Shown here piece after piece: positions 27,028 to 41,842 of a stretch of DNA of 64,000 bases. Within the stretch, counting starts at the first letter, position 1; every line of letters begins with the position of its first letter. The notes beneath the pieces are model-generated. The model worked only from the letters and a program-made list of their open reading frames with translations, did no database searches and had not been told where the DNA came from. This stretch comes from the human T2T-CHM13v2.0 reference genome, Homo sapiens, in assembly GCF_009914755.1 (NCBI RefSeq), contig NC_060936.1; one strand, written 5' to 3'. The translations under genes and the position numbers were made by a program.

Positions 27028-27420
27028 GGTCTTAGGCTGGTTCCCAGGTGTAGACCCTGAAACGTGAAAATTATTGATTAAGGAGTGTTCCCATGGGAGA
27101 CTGGCAGGGGGAATAGAGAAAAGGGATCACAAGGGAAGGAAAGGAGGCCAAGCAGGAGGTGTTACCAAGCCATCCTAAGGAAGGCAAGCTTGGCTTAAAC
27201 CTGCAGAAGCCACTCTAGATACTACAGTCATGCCTGGGTGTTGTCCTCATTAGGAGGTGAGGGAGCTGGAGTATTTATTCCTACGCCTGTCAGTCATGGA
27301 TTAAGGGAACTCCCAGACATGTTAGGCTCTCTGTGTCATCCTGAGAGGCAGCCAGTGTCACAACGATGATAAAGGGATCCAAGGGGATGAGTCTGCATGG
27401 AGCTCTGAGAGCATTTGTTG
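27028..27420 (-). mobile_element. LTR16-like LTR
   Basis: GAGGGAGCTGGAGTATTTAT shared with the element at 10860-11290. Confidence 0.55.
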
Positions 27421-28374
27421 CTCCTCCCTATGGAGCAGCATAGCTCAGTCTTTATATCCAAAATTCAAACCCCCAGCAGCAGAAATATGATTGGACCCAG
27501 GTGAGTGGGGTGACCACCTCTTTCCCAAACATGTGTGGCTGGGGCCCCAGAGCACACACAAAGGCGCGTTTCAAGGAGGGCTATAGGTGAAACAGGGTTA
27601 ATGAGAAATTGCTGAGGAGGATGGTTGACGTCCCAAGGATGTAGATGCTCCACAGAAATGTCTGTTGGCAGAATGCTGTGTACCCAGTGCCATGCCAGGC
27701 TCCTCACTCATGCAAAGATGGCAAAGACAGGGGCCCCACAGCTTCCTCTTTGATATAATATCAAGATAGTGGTTTTCCCAGTGGCCCAGAGAACTTTTTA
27801 AGGGCAGGGACCATGTCTTATTGACCACCATATCTAGTCCACAGTAGAGGCATAATATTTGTTGAGCTGAGCTGATGTTTTTGAGGTCAGCTGTGGGGAG
27901 GGCAATGCTATTGGCATCCTCTCCTACCCCTTATTGTCCTCCTCCTCAATCTCACCCTCTGGCAGATCCACTCTCACCCGTCTTATCTGGCATCACCCAG
28001 GATGAGAAGGGCCCGCCAGGGAAGCAAGTGGATGCTGGCGTGGAACCTACACTGAACCGCATGGCGTGGCATTCGGGTCTCAGACACAGCTCTGCCTGAC
28101 TCTGTATGAAATCAGGGCCTCCGTTTCCCCAGTCCAGTGAGGGTCTGGCTAGGAGCTTTAGTGATGCCACTATTCAATAAGGCAGTTAACAAAACAGTCC
28201 AGTGGGCTAGCACTGCTGTCAGACTTCTACATTCAAATCCCAGCCCTTCCCCTCTCTGGTTTGTCCTTGGGCAAGTGACTTGACCTCTCTGTGTGACAGT
28301 TCCCTTATCTGAAAACTGGGTATGACAATAATAGTATCATCCTCACAGGACTTTGGTGGGAATTTAAGAAGATG

Positions 28375-28760
28375 GGGCATATTATTCAGCCATCAAAAGA
28401 ACTGAAGCACGAATATGTGCTACATCACGATGAACCTTAAAAAAAATCATGCTAAGTGAAAGAAACCTGCTGCAAAAGGCCACATGTTACATGATTTTAT
28501 TTGTATAAAATTTCCAGAAGAGGCAAATCCGTAGAGACAGAAAGTAGATTAGTGGTTGCCAGGGGCTGTGAGGAGAATGGGGAGTCACTGCTAATGGATA
28601 TGGGGTCTCTTTTGGGGATGATACAATGCTCTGGAATTAGACAGTGGTAACGGTTGTACAATCTTGTAAATATACTGAAAACAATTGAATTGTACACTCT
28701 AAAATGATGAATGTTATGGTTTGTGAATTATGTGTCAATTTAAAAAATAGAAATAAAAGA
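28375..28760 (+). mobile_element. L1MB-type 3' end inserted in a MIR (~28190-28374)
   Basis: ATGCTAAGTGAAAGAAACC...GGCAAATCCGTAGAGACAGAAAGTAGATTAGTGGTTGCCAGGGGCT. Confidence 0.85.
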
Positions 28761-28809
28761 TATGGTATGCAAAGCCCCTGACTCACGGTAACCGCATGAT
28801 AAACCATCT

Positions 28810-29760
28810 TTCCCTTGGATTATTGCAGTGACCTCAATGGTTCCCCCTCCTCTCCCCTTGCTCCCCATCAGAACATTCAGTGGTGTGTGAGTTCATGTCA
28901 CTCCTGCTCTCTAAACTCTTCCATGGCTTCCATCTTGGAGTAAAAGCCCAAGTCATTACAGTGGCCTATTGCACTCTACACCACCTGGCTCTTGGCTTCC
29001 TCTCTCATCTTCTGGGATTCTCCCCTTGTCCTCTCTGCTCCAGCCATGTTGGCCTCTTGCTGCTCCTCACACCTATGCCAGGCACGTCTCTGCCTCAGGG
29101 CCTTTGCACTTACATTCCCTCCACCTTAAACACACTTCCCTTAGAGCTATGCTGGCCTTGTTCTTTTGCCTCCTTCAGGTGTTTGCTCAAACATCATCTC
29201 ATTGAGACTTTCCCTGACCACTCACTATATTTAAAATAGAGGGCTGGATACAGTGGCTAATGCCTATAATCTCAGCCATCTGGGAGGCTGAAGTGGGAGG
29301 ACTGCTTGAAGCCAGGAGTTGGAGTCCAGCCTGGGAAACTTAGCAAGGCCCCATCTCTACAAAAATACAAAAGTTAGCTGGGCATGGTGACACACTTCTG
29401 TAATTCTAGCTACTCAAGAGGCTAAGGAGGGAAGGTCATTTGAGCCCAGGGATTTGCGGCTGCAGTGAGCCATGATTGCTCCACTGCACTCCAGCCTGGG
29501 TAACAAAGCAAGACCCCGTCTCAAAAAAATGAAATAGCATATATGAAAAACAAAAAAACCTTCCTACTCTAGTACACCCTATTCACCTTCCCAGATTATT
29601 GTTTCCTGTTATTCTTATGTTTAATGCCAGCTTCGTGTTCGTGTTAGCCCCATGACCACAGGATTTCTGTATCTTGTTCATGACTGTATTCCTAGTACCT
29701 AGCACAGTGCCTGGCACAGTCAGTATTCAATATTTTTTGACTGAATAAATAAATGTTAGC
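28810..29760 (+). mobile_element. L2 3' region, split by an Alu
   Basis: CATGTCACTCCTGCTC...CTCAGGGCCTTTGCACT...CCTAGCACAGTGCCTGGCACA. Confidence 0.8.
29242..29530 (+). mobile_element. Alu (AluJ-like)
   Basis: Diverged full dimer. Confidence 0.92.
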
Positions 29761-30429
29761 TGTTATGATAACCTATAATAAACTTTCTGAGACTTTCAAT
29801 CTTTTCATTTCCCTCTCATGGGTTTCTCTTGCAGATTTTAACTTGACGCCTCTTTGAGGCTTCTTTCTTCCTTCCAGTTTATCTCCATTGGGTGCTGGTT
29901 TTAGAGGCAAACGTTTTTCTTGTGGTGTAATTATGAAGTTGCTCTAGAAAATAGTTTCATCTCACGTTGAAGTAAACTCTCTTTTTTAAAATAACAAGAC
30001 CAGAACCCGCTACTGAATTCTTCACTGTTATGAAATTAGTTTTCTAAAGCTGACGTGGAAGTTAATTTGTGTATTGCTGTCAGTTGGAAGGCTTTGAAGT
30101 TAATTGTCTTAGCTAACCTTGTAGAGATCTAACCATGTTACGTTTAGCGCATAAAAACATTTATCTCCTCATTGGTGTCTGGTGGGACTGAAAGTCCCGC
30201 CTTATTCTCTCTTGAGTAGGAGAATATAATTTTTGTTGATTTCAAAATTAAGATGAGGAACTAATTGGTAGTGGAAAGAACTCTTAGATTGGGAGGCAGA
30301 TTCTAGACTTTAGATTCTAAAAATAGCTGTTAAGTTCACTGACCATATGGACTGGGGTCAGGCTATTCTTTCTGAACCCTTTAATGAAGGGTACATTCTG
30401 ATATAATTTGTGATCACACAAGTAATACA

Positions 30430-30860
30430 GAAATACATTCTTATAAAAAATGAGATTTACAAATAAGGCTAACATCATCTTTGACCACAACTCCCTGGTG
30501 TCCCTGAAGTATCCTGTCATATGATAGATTTATATATTTCCAGATGATTTGTATGCATTTGTATATTAACTTACAGTATTGTTTTGTGAATGCATTTCTT
30601 CAAAGACTGTACAGATACTATCATATTGTATCACAACTTGCCTTCTTCACCCAACATTGTGTCTTGGAGTTCTTTCCACATTAATACATATGTATTTCTG
30701 ATATTGTTAAATAGCTTCATGGCATCCCATAATACAGATGTATCATGACTTATTTAGTCATTTTGTTGTTATTGAATGTTTAGGCTATTTTCAGTTTTTC
30801 CCTATTACAGACCAGGTTGTAATGAACATCTTTGTTCCAGCCTCCCCTCAGGCAGACACT
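30430..30860 (-). mobile_element. Old L1 (L1ME-like) fragment
   Basis: GAATGTTTAGGCTATTTTCAGTTTTTCCCTATTACA...ATGAACATCTTTGT. Confidence 0.6.
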
Positions 30861-30898
30861 GAGAAATGGAGTGGCTGTCTCAGAATTCTGTCATTCTT

Positions 30899-31246
30899 TT
30901 ATTTATTTATTTATTTATTTTAGAATTTCTTTTTGTTTCTTTCTTTCTTTTTTGTTTGTTTTGTTTTGTTTTTTGAGACAGGTTTTGGCTCTGTCACTCA
31001 TGCTGGAGTGCAGTGGCGAGATCTTGGCTCACTACAACTTCTGCCTCCCTGGCTCAAGTGATCTTCCCATCTCAGCCTCCTGAGTAGCTGGGACTACAGG
31101 CGTGCACCACCATGCCTGGCTAATTTTTGTTTTTGGTAGAAATGAGGTTTTGCCTTGTTGCCCAGGTTAGACTCGAACTCCCGAGCTCATGTGATCCACC
31201 TGCCTTGGCCTCCTAAAGTGTTGCAGTTGCTAGGCTCATGCCTGGC
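30899..31246 (-). mobile_element. Alu (AluJ-like) with a long compound tail
   Basis: 15-bp TSD AATTCTGTCATTCTT (30884-30898 and 31247-31261). Confidence 0.93.
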
Positions 31247-31579
31247 AATTCTGTCATTCTTAAAGTAGAGGACTTAAACAAGTTAAACTTTAAATCATTT
31301 CCAGTAATTACCCTGCTATAACTGGGGTCCCATGTGGCCCAGTCTTTGTTCCATCTTCATTCAAAGAAACAACAGTTTGGCAGAAAATATAATTGAACAC
31401 AATTGCATGTTTCACTTGAATGCTTGGGATACCCCCAACGGTAGTGTGGTGGTATGGCTTGGGGCAGGGGTCAGAGTTAGAAGTACATTATTTTCAGTGA
31501 ATGTGTTTGTTTGTTGCTTTCAGGTATTATTTTGATTATTTTGATTTCAAATAAAATTGTGTTTCTCCTTGTTGAGATT

Positions 31580-32370
31580 GGCAGGCCAGTTTTGTGTCTA
31601 TGTTATTTTAAATTATGCATATACACACAGACAGGAAAGGTACAAGTGGTTGCAAATTAAAGGAGTAGAAAGAATACAAGGTTAAACCCTTCCCCCACAT
31701 CTGTTCCCTAATTTTCTTGCTAGAGACACTGTCTACTTCCAGTCTCGTATGTGTCCTGTTGCCTATTTAAGTGAATCTGCTTAAATACAAATGGTAGCAT
31801 ACTGAACATATATTTTGGACACTTGTCCTTTAAATTTTTTAATTATGGAAAAATTCAAACATGCACAGGAGTAGAGAGGATAGTATGATAAATCCCTCTG
31901 TACTTCCCATTTGGTCTCAAGAATTATCAGTATATGGCTTTTGCTTTTTCAACTATATGAAACACTTTGGATCTTGTTCCAATTCAGTTCGTTTAAACTT
32001 GCCTCATTTATTTTCACAGTTGCTTAGTATTCTATAATAAAGATGTTCCATAATTCATTTACCCAGTCCCCTTTAGATGGACATTTATATTGCTTCCCTT
32101 CTTATGTCACTACAAACAATGCTGCAATAAATATACTTTTATATCCATCTTTGGGCATATGTTTGAATAAATCTGTGAGAAATTCCTGGAAATAGAATTG
32201 CTGAGTCAAAGAGATGTGTATTTAAAATATTGATATAAGTACTGCCAAATAGCCTATTGATGGAATTTTATTAATTTTCACTCTCACTAAGAGTATCCAA
32301 GATGGCTCACTTCTTCATATGCTTGCCAACACAATGTGTTATCGCATTTCTAATCTTTAAAATACACTCT
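31580..32370 (-). mobile_element. Old L1 (L1ME-like) fragments
   Basis: GATGGACATTTATATTGCTTCC...AAATTCCTGGAAATAGAATTGCTGAGTCAAAG. Confidence 0.65.
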
Positions 32371-32399
32371 CCTAGTTTTGTTTCTAAATAGACATGAAA

Positions 32400-32645
32400 T
32401 CTATTTAGTAAGTTGTAAAATCCTACCTATCTAGGGGATAGAAGTCAGCATAGAATAGAAAATATCAAAGAACATCACTTTATAAGAAAATACAAAGAAC
32501 ATGACTTACTTGAGGGCAAGTGTAGTTTTGTGAAACTTTGGCTTCAGTCATACATTTGTTTAAGTGTATGTATAAACTGGATTATTACATAGAAATAAAT
32601 TTTTACTGTGAGTCTTGGTCTAAAGAGTTTGAAAACATTGCCCTA
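32400..32645. mobile_element. hAT-Charlie-like DNA transposon relic
   Basis: Terminus TTACTGTGAGTCTTGGTCTAAAGAGTTTGAAAACATTG. Confidence 0.45.
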
Positions 32646-32899
32646 CAATGATGACAGCTACTTTCTAGAATATTCTTCTCTCATTTTCACTTCTCATTCT
32701 AAAATAAAAAAGAAAATTCCTTAAGCCCTCTCTTACTTGCCCTTCCCTCTTTCCCTTATGCCCCGGGTTTTATCCTGTGAGAAAAATGTTCTGATGCAAA
32801 TCCATGTCAGTCCCTCTTCCGGCAAGTCACCCAATTCCTCCTCACTTCCTGCTGGAATCAGAGCTGGCACAGAGGGCCTCAGGGATGAGTTGTTGCTGA

Positions 32900-33120
32900 T
32901 GACATTATTTTACAAAGGGGGCACTATTTACATTTAGGGCAGCACTGGTCTCCAAGGCGAGGGGTTGTCCTGTACATAACAGAGCATTTAGAATCCTTGG
33001 TCCCAGACACAAAATGCCGGGAGCAACCTCTAAGTCGCTGCAATAATGGAAATGCCCACTCCTTACCTTTCTAAGTGCCCCCAAGGGGGCTGTATCATCC
33101 CCAGTAGAAAGCCTGGCTGC
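32900..33120. mobile_element. MER20-like MITE
   Basis: GGGGTTGTCCTGTACATAACAGAGCATTTAG...AAGTGCCCCCAAGGGGGC. Confidence 0.5.
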
Positions 33121-33329
33121 TGGTGCCTGGGGGTGGTAGAAACAATAGCTAAGGTTGTACTCTAAATGACTTTTGTACCAATCACCTTTCTTTAAGTCTT
33201 ATATCACATGTCAAGTACTTAGAGAAGTGGTTGGTGCGTGGTAAGCGCTCAATAATTATTAGTGATTATTATTTATTAGTAGTAGTATTGTCATTTGGGG
33301 CATCATTCTCTTAGGCTTGCACAGAAATT

Positions 33330-33842
33330 AATTAATTAATTATTTAATTTATATATATATTTTCCATAAGTTATTGGGGTACAGGTGGTATTTGATTACA
33401 TAAGTACGTTCTTTAGTGGTGATTTGTGAGATTTTGGTTCACTCATCTCCCGAGCAGTATACACTGCACCATATTTGTAGTCTTTTATCCCTCACCCCCT
33501 CCCACTCTTCCCCTCAAGTATCCAAAGTCCATTGTATCATTCTTATGCCTTTGTGTCCTCAGAGCTTAGCTCCCACATATCAGTGAGAACATATGATGTT
33601 TGGTTTTCCATTGCTGAGTTCCTTCACTGAGAATAATAGTCTCCAATCTCATCCAGGTCACTGCAAATGCTGTTAATTCATTCCTTTTTATGGCTGCATA
33701 GTATTCCATCATATATATATTATATATATATGGTCTATATATGTAGTGTGTGTATATAAATATATATATACCACAGTTTCTTTAGCCACTTGTTGATTGA
33801 TGGGCATTTGGGTTGGTTCCATGATTTTGCTATTGTGAATTG
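33330..33842 (-). mobile_element. L1PB-type 3' end
   Basis: CCATAAGTTATTGGGGTACAGGTGGTATTTG...; TSD GGCTT(G/A)CACAGAAATT (33314-33329 and 33843-33858). Confidence 0.9.
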
Positions 33843-34147
33843 GGCTTACACAGAAATTTAAATGGGAGGAGAAAATGGATAACCCCATCCCTTTTGTTGA
33901 AGGATGGGGTTTTGCCAAAGAGAAAGAGAAGTAAAACTTAATGACAGTGGATTTGGTTCCTTGGTGCAGAAAAGATCCCCCCTCCTTTTCCATTACAGGG
34001 CCTGACCCCAGCTTTGAAATGTGAAGTTTTGATTGCTAATACAAATTGAATTTATTTGTTTTTTTTTCTCACTTTCAGCAATGTCATCTTTTTTTAAAAA
34101 AATAAGTATAGGCTGATGAAACATATTTAAATAGAGAGATTAAATTA

Positions 34148-34916
<769 letters not shown>

Positions 34917-35203
34917 TCAAAGTTAAGTTTCCAGATTGTCACTGACACATAATGTATTATGCTGATTAAATGTAACTAAAATATTTATGGAAAGAGAACA
35001 TTAAACCTTATCCAGCTGCCAGTGTCCTGGATATAGATGAGAGCACTAGATTGAGAGTCTGGAGAACTGGGTTCACCCGCTGGAGCTTCCTTTCCCTGGT
35101 TTGTGACTCTCTCAAGACACCAAGTTTCTTAGCCTCACATCCTCATTATAATAGGTCCACTTCTTACTTTGAAAGGTTTGCGTTGGTGAGAATGAAAATC
35201 CTT

Positions 35204-35595
35204 TGTTGGCAGCCTTAAAAAGGAACGAGATCATGTCCTTTGCACATGGATGAAGCTGGAAGCCATTATCCTCAGCAAACTAATGCAGGAACAGAAAACC
35301 AAACACCACATGTTCTCACTTAACAAGTGGGAGCTGAACAACGAGAACACATGGACACAGGGAGGGGAACAACACACACTGGAGCAGGTCGGGGGGTGAG
35401 GTAGGGGGCGGAGAGCAGTAGGAAAAATAGCAGTAGGAAAAATAGTAGGAAAAATAGGAAAAATTGCATGCTGGGCTTAATATCTAGGTGATGGGATGAT
35501 CTGTGCAGCAAACCAGCATGGCACATGTTTACCTATGTAACAAACCTGCCCAGCCTACACATGTACCCCAGAACTTAAAATAAAAATGAAAAAAA
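35204..35595 (+). mobile_element. L1PA-type 3' end
   Basis: GAGATCATGTCCTTTGCA...GTACCCCAGAACTTAAAATAAAA; TSD GAAAATCCTT (35194-35203 and 35596-35605). Confidence 0.9.
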
Positions 35596-35643
35596 GAAAA
35601 TCCTTCAAAGAATATAAAATTGTCTATAAGAACATGGCATATG

Positions 35644-35908
35644 GGAACAACACACACTGGGGCCTGTTGAGGGGTGGGGTTAAGGGGAGGCAGAGTATTA
35701 GGAAGGATGGTTAATGCATGCTGGGCTTAATACCTAGGTGATGGGTTGATAGGTGCAGTAAACCATTATGGCCCATGTTTACCTATGTAACAAAGCTGTA
35801 CATCCTGCACATGTACCCCAGAACTAAAAACAAAAACAAAAAATCAAAAAAAAGTTTGGAAAAAACCACAGGCTATTGAATAAAACAAATATGAATACCA
35901 AAAAAAGG
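35644..35908 (+). mobile_element. Second L1PA-type 3' end with a probable 3'-transduced tail
   Basis: GGAACAACACACACTGGGGCC...GTACCCCAGAACT, A-rich tail, an extra 46 nt and a second A-tract; TSD 35630-35643 and 35909-35922. Confidence 0.85.
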
Positions 35909-36869
35909 GAACATAACATATGTTTAAGTGTAATAATAAGCAAATGCTAAGGATCCATTCATCCACCAAGAATTTGCTGTGCATGTACCATGTGCCAGGC
36001 ACTGTGTTAGGTCCTGGGAATCCAGGGATGACTACTTTGAGGGATATAGAAAGACAGTGCTAGATGTGTATGTCAGTAGAGAGAGATTAGAATTCAACTA
36101 CTCTAAGACCTTTATATTGTCTTGGATGAGGGTACAGAAATTGATTCATTTTAGATTAAGTCACATAAGCATATTAAAAATAGAAGGTAAGTTCTGAAAG
36201 AATAGGAAAAGAATATAACTTCTAAACTAGCAGTGGGAGAAATAGAAGACAGGAAAGGCAGGGGAGGGAACCATGGACAAGGCAGAGTAAACAGAAAATA
36301 CAAAATCAGATGACAGAATGAACTTCAAATATAGCAGTAATCATAGATGCAAATGGTCTAAACTCACCAGCTAAAAGATAAAGATAAAAAATGGGGCAGT
36401 GGTGGTAGGGGGAAATCCAGCTATAGCTAACACATAAAATACAGAGAAAGGTTGCAAAGAAACATGGTCCTTTTCCAGGGGTAGATTATAATTGTGTCAA
36501 ACACATCTTTTATCTCTACTTACATTTCCCCCTTTCTCTGGGGACTTTATACTAAAGCAGGGATTATGTTAAATTGACTGAGTAGAAGTCAGGGGTGAGG
36601 GAGAAACGAAAGGAAAGAGGATTTATTGAGTCAGGTACTGTGCTGGGTGGTTTTTAAAAGGGAAGAAACTGGCATAGGTTAGAAATGTACATTCTGGTAT
36701 AGCTTATTGGTCAAATGCCCAGACCGTGGTGTCAGACAGACCTGGACTTGGTTTCCAAATCATTTAATCATTCATTTACTCATTTAACTAATATTTATTG
36801 AATATCTACTATGAGTGAAGAAGTCTGCTAAGAAGTCACTTTAATTTCTCTATGACTTAGTTTCCTCAT

Positions 36870-37726
<857 letters not shown>

Positions 37727-39089
37727 CTCATCTATTTATGCAGAGATAATATTAGCACCTACTTCTTAGAGTTATTGTGAGAATTCAGTTGGATCATGCA
37801 TATAAAGCAGTGATTTCGAGTCAGGTTTACAGGAGGCACTCAGCAAATATTAGCCCTTGCTGCTGCTGCTGTTGTGATCATCAGTGTTAATATTATTATT
37901 AATTTGGGTCCTCCTCATCCCTGTGCATCTGCTCAATGCAGTTCAGAGGTTCAAATCCCCTAGTAGCTTCTGCTTCTGCATGCCTTATTGTTTTTCCTCT
38001 TAATAAAAGAGCAAGTCTGTTGATAGAAAACTTCCTTGATTTTGTGAATGCAGATGCCACTGTGTGTTAGCCTCCTTTGGCCATTAGCTGTCAAGGCAGC
38101 AAGGCAGCGATCTATTTAAAGAACACGTAGGTGCCTCTGCTTTTTGCCATCAAAACTGTGCCAGAGATGGAGATACCTCTGAAGTAGGGGCTGAAGGGTC
38201 CTGACATGAGACAGGACCTCTGTTTGCCATCTGCATTTACTCAAGAAAGGGGAGTTAATTGCCTAGTGAAGTTGGTTTCCTTATGTTAATTAATGATGCT
38301 AGCAGCTGAACATGAATAGGATATTGTTTATTTTTACTTCCAAAGGAGAGAGATTGAGGCTTGAGTCAGAAATGCAGCACAGGCTGCAATTTTGCTAAAT
38401 TCTATAGTCTTGCTCACAATACCGCAGCAGGATGGCTGCTTTTTTGGCTGAGCTAGGATAAAAGGTAGTGCTGGGCCTTGGCTTTGTTGGAGCTTCTGTT
38501 TATTGACAAGGAAAGAATCTCCAAAATGCTTTTTGTCATGTAGGATAAACCTCAACAGTGGTGAATGCATAGGCCTGACATCAGCTTCTCTTCCATATGG
38601 GAGGCACCAGCATTTACAGAAAGAATTCACATTTGGGGAGAAGAGCGTAACAAATTTATTGACAGAAATTCCCACCAATCTTAATTTTTTTAAAAGAAGG
38701 GAAACACCTTCTTCTGAGTTCCATCCCCAAACACAAGAAGAGCCAGAGATGAAATGTGTTAGTGATTCATCAAAAAACAGATTTTAGTTTCCCTTATTTT
38801 TAGAAGTAGCTATCTAGGTATTGGGTTCTGTCAAATGAGAGAGAGATTATATTTGGAAATCCTAATTATGGAGAGGCTTTCTTTAAAAAGCAGCCTAAAG
38901 CCAAACTGGCTCCCACTGATGCTTCTTTAGTTGTTTCTTTTTTCTCTTTAATCCTTCTGACACCCTGAAAGTAGTTCACACATAGAATTAAAAGAATCCA
39001 TTTTGCCCATCCTCGATGTTTACTTGACTTTGTAGTTCCAGAAGCCATAATCTCATTCTCTGGCCATCACTTTGAAGAATAATGTCAGG

Positions 39090-39640
39090 AAATGTATGAA
39101 TTTAATTTTTTTTAGTTGGAACACAATTTGAATAGGCTAAAGCAAAGCAAAACAACAACAACAAAAGGCAGGGGAACGTTTTGTTTTACATTATGGAAAA
39201 GTGTGGGGGCTTCAGGCATGGCTGGATTCAGGTGCTCATATAATGGCGTCAGGAATCAGTTTCTTACATTGCTCTCTCTCTTTTGCATAGGCGTCAACTT
39301 CAGGCTGGAGGATACAAAGAAGCCTCTTGGCAGCCCCAGGCTTACATTGTAGCAACTTAGCAACCCTGATGAAAATGATATGCCTCTTTCCTAAGAATGC
39401 CTGCAAAAGTTTCAGATAGGAATCTCATTGGCTTGCATTGAGCCACATGCACTTCTTTGCACTAATCATTGTGGCCAGGGGATGAGATAGATAAATTAAT
39501 TAGGCATGGACATGTGCTAACTCCTGGAGTATAGGGAGGCATCAGCTCCACCCAAACCTCCACCTGAAAGGACTGACTGTGGGGAAGAGGTGGTTTACCA
39601 GAAGGACAATCAGGAACAGGGAATGCATGCTTACCTGGCA
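39090..39640 (-). mobile_element. Old MaLR LTR (MLT1K-like)
   Basis: GGCTTCAGGCATGGCTGGATTCAGGTGCTCA...CTAATCATTGTGGCCAGGGG. Confidence 0.65.
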
Positions 39641-39666
39641 AAGGTAGCAGAAAGTCTTTGGGAGAA

Positions 39667-40100
39667 TGTGCTAGTCTGGGTCCTCCAGGAAACAGACACC
39701 AAGACAGGAATAGATGTGCTAGGATTTGATTAGGAGAAAGGCTGATGGGAGAAAATAGGGAGGTGGCCAGAGAAGGCATAAGGAGCCACTGGACCCCCAA
39801 GTGAAGGGGAGAGGGAAAGAAGGCTGGGAGTGAGTGTCCTAGACTCTCATGCAGCCTAAAGGCGCTTCAGCAAGGTGTCGAGGAGTCCTCCAGCCAAAGT
39901 CTCTGTCGGAGGAGTCCCATGTCTCCCAGGGACAGGCCAGTTTTAGTATCCCTGCAGCATTCCATTATTGGCTGGGAGCTGCCCATGGGAAGCATGGCCT
40001 CATTTGCACTGATGGATTTGAGAGTGCAGCAGCTGGGGCCTTCAGTCAATTAAGCTTCCTGTAGCTGCGGGTCTGCAAAGTACTTTCTCATGGCCACTAT
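39667..40100 (-). mobile_element. LTR16-like LTR
   Basis: TGTGCTAGTCTGGGTCCTCCAGGAAACAGACACCAAGACAGGA. Confidence 0.65.
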
Positions 40101-40312
40101 ATAATAACTCATATTCATACAGTATCATATAGATTAAAAAGTGTTTTTGTAGCTGTCAGCTTAGTTTAATAATATGATCATCACCCCCTTCCATTGTACA
40201 GATGGAGAAGGTGAGGTAGGGCTGATTATGATTTATCCAAGGCGGCTTTGCTAGTTAGTGAAGAAGTGGACTCACACTCTGACCACCATCTCCATACCCA
40301 TCACACCTCCAC

Positions 40313-40670
40313 TGTATGGAGGGTTGAATAATGTCCCCCTAAAATCCATGTCTACCCAGAACCTCAGAATGTGACCTTATTTAGAAATAGAGTCCTTGCA
40401 GATATAAACACTCAGGTTAAGGTGAGGTCATCCTGGATTAGGATGAGCCCTAAATCCAATATGATTGGTGTCATCATACGAAGAGAGAAATGGACACAGA
40501 CATAAAAGAGACAGAGGGAAGAAGGCCATGGGGTGATGGAGGCAGTGATTGGAGTGAAGCAGCCACAAGCCAAGAAACTGCAAGGACTGTCGGCCACTGC
40601 CAGAAGCTGGGAGATTGGCCTGGAACAGATTCGTCCCCAGAGTCTTCAGAGCGAACACGGCCCTGCTGAG
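40313..40670 (+). mobile_element. MaLR LTR (MLT1B/C-like), 3'-truncated
   Basis: GGGTTGAATAATGTCCCCCTAAAATCCATGTC...GAACCTCAGAATGTGACCTTATTT. Confidence 0.85.
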
Positions 40671-40806
40671 GTCTTCAGTGAAAATGGCAAAATTTTCCTT
40701 CAGTATCTCTTTCTATATTCCTTGTCTGTTCTTCCTTTTCTCCCCTTTATGTAACCAGCACTCTCATAATGCCTCTCTTTTGGGGGCTCATGTTGGCCTC
40801 ATCTTT

Positions 40807-41000
40807 AAAAAATTTTATTGATTGAGGGGGTACATGGGCAGGTTTGTTACATGGATGTATTGCATTATGGTTAGGTTTGGGCTTCTAGTGTAGCCATCAC
40901 CCAAATAGTAAAAACTGTACCCCATGGGTAATTTTTCAATCCTCGCCCCTCCCACCCTCCCTGCTTTTGGAGGCCCCAGTGCCTGTTCTTTCCCTCTGTA
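40807..41000 (-). mobile_element. Short L1P 3' end
   Basis: GGGGGTACATGGGCAGGTTTGTTACATGG; TSD GGCCTCAT(C/T)TTT. Confidence 0.85.
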
Positions 41001-41476
41001 GGCCTCATTTTTGTGAAAACATCTCATGTCCCCTAGGTTTTCTCTTCTTCCTTCAAAACTTACCTGTCCTGTATCCATTCTCTCAAATCTCTTTCACCTG
41101 TTAGGGATAAGCCGATAAACGTAATCTTGCAAACTAGAAAGGAGTATTTCTTCCAGATAACATTGGCATTTTCATGACGATTTTTATTACCTTCAGATTC
41201 AACAGGCATTTGTTGAACACATGCTATTTGCTGAGCTCCATATGGGCCCTTTCATGTGTTTTAATCCTGTTTTATCCTTACAAACATCTAGACAGGTAGA
41301 CACTCTTCTTCCATTTTACCAATGAAGATGGAGTGTCTCAGAACCTCTGCTTCCTTTCCCTGCAGCTCCCTATGCGGGTATCAGAATGGCCAACAAGGAG
41401 ACGCGATTTTGTGTTTTGATACCCTGAAAGACTGACTTAAGAATGACATGAAACTTCCTATGAAATTATCCTCTGG

Positions 41477-41842
<366 letters not shown>

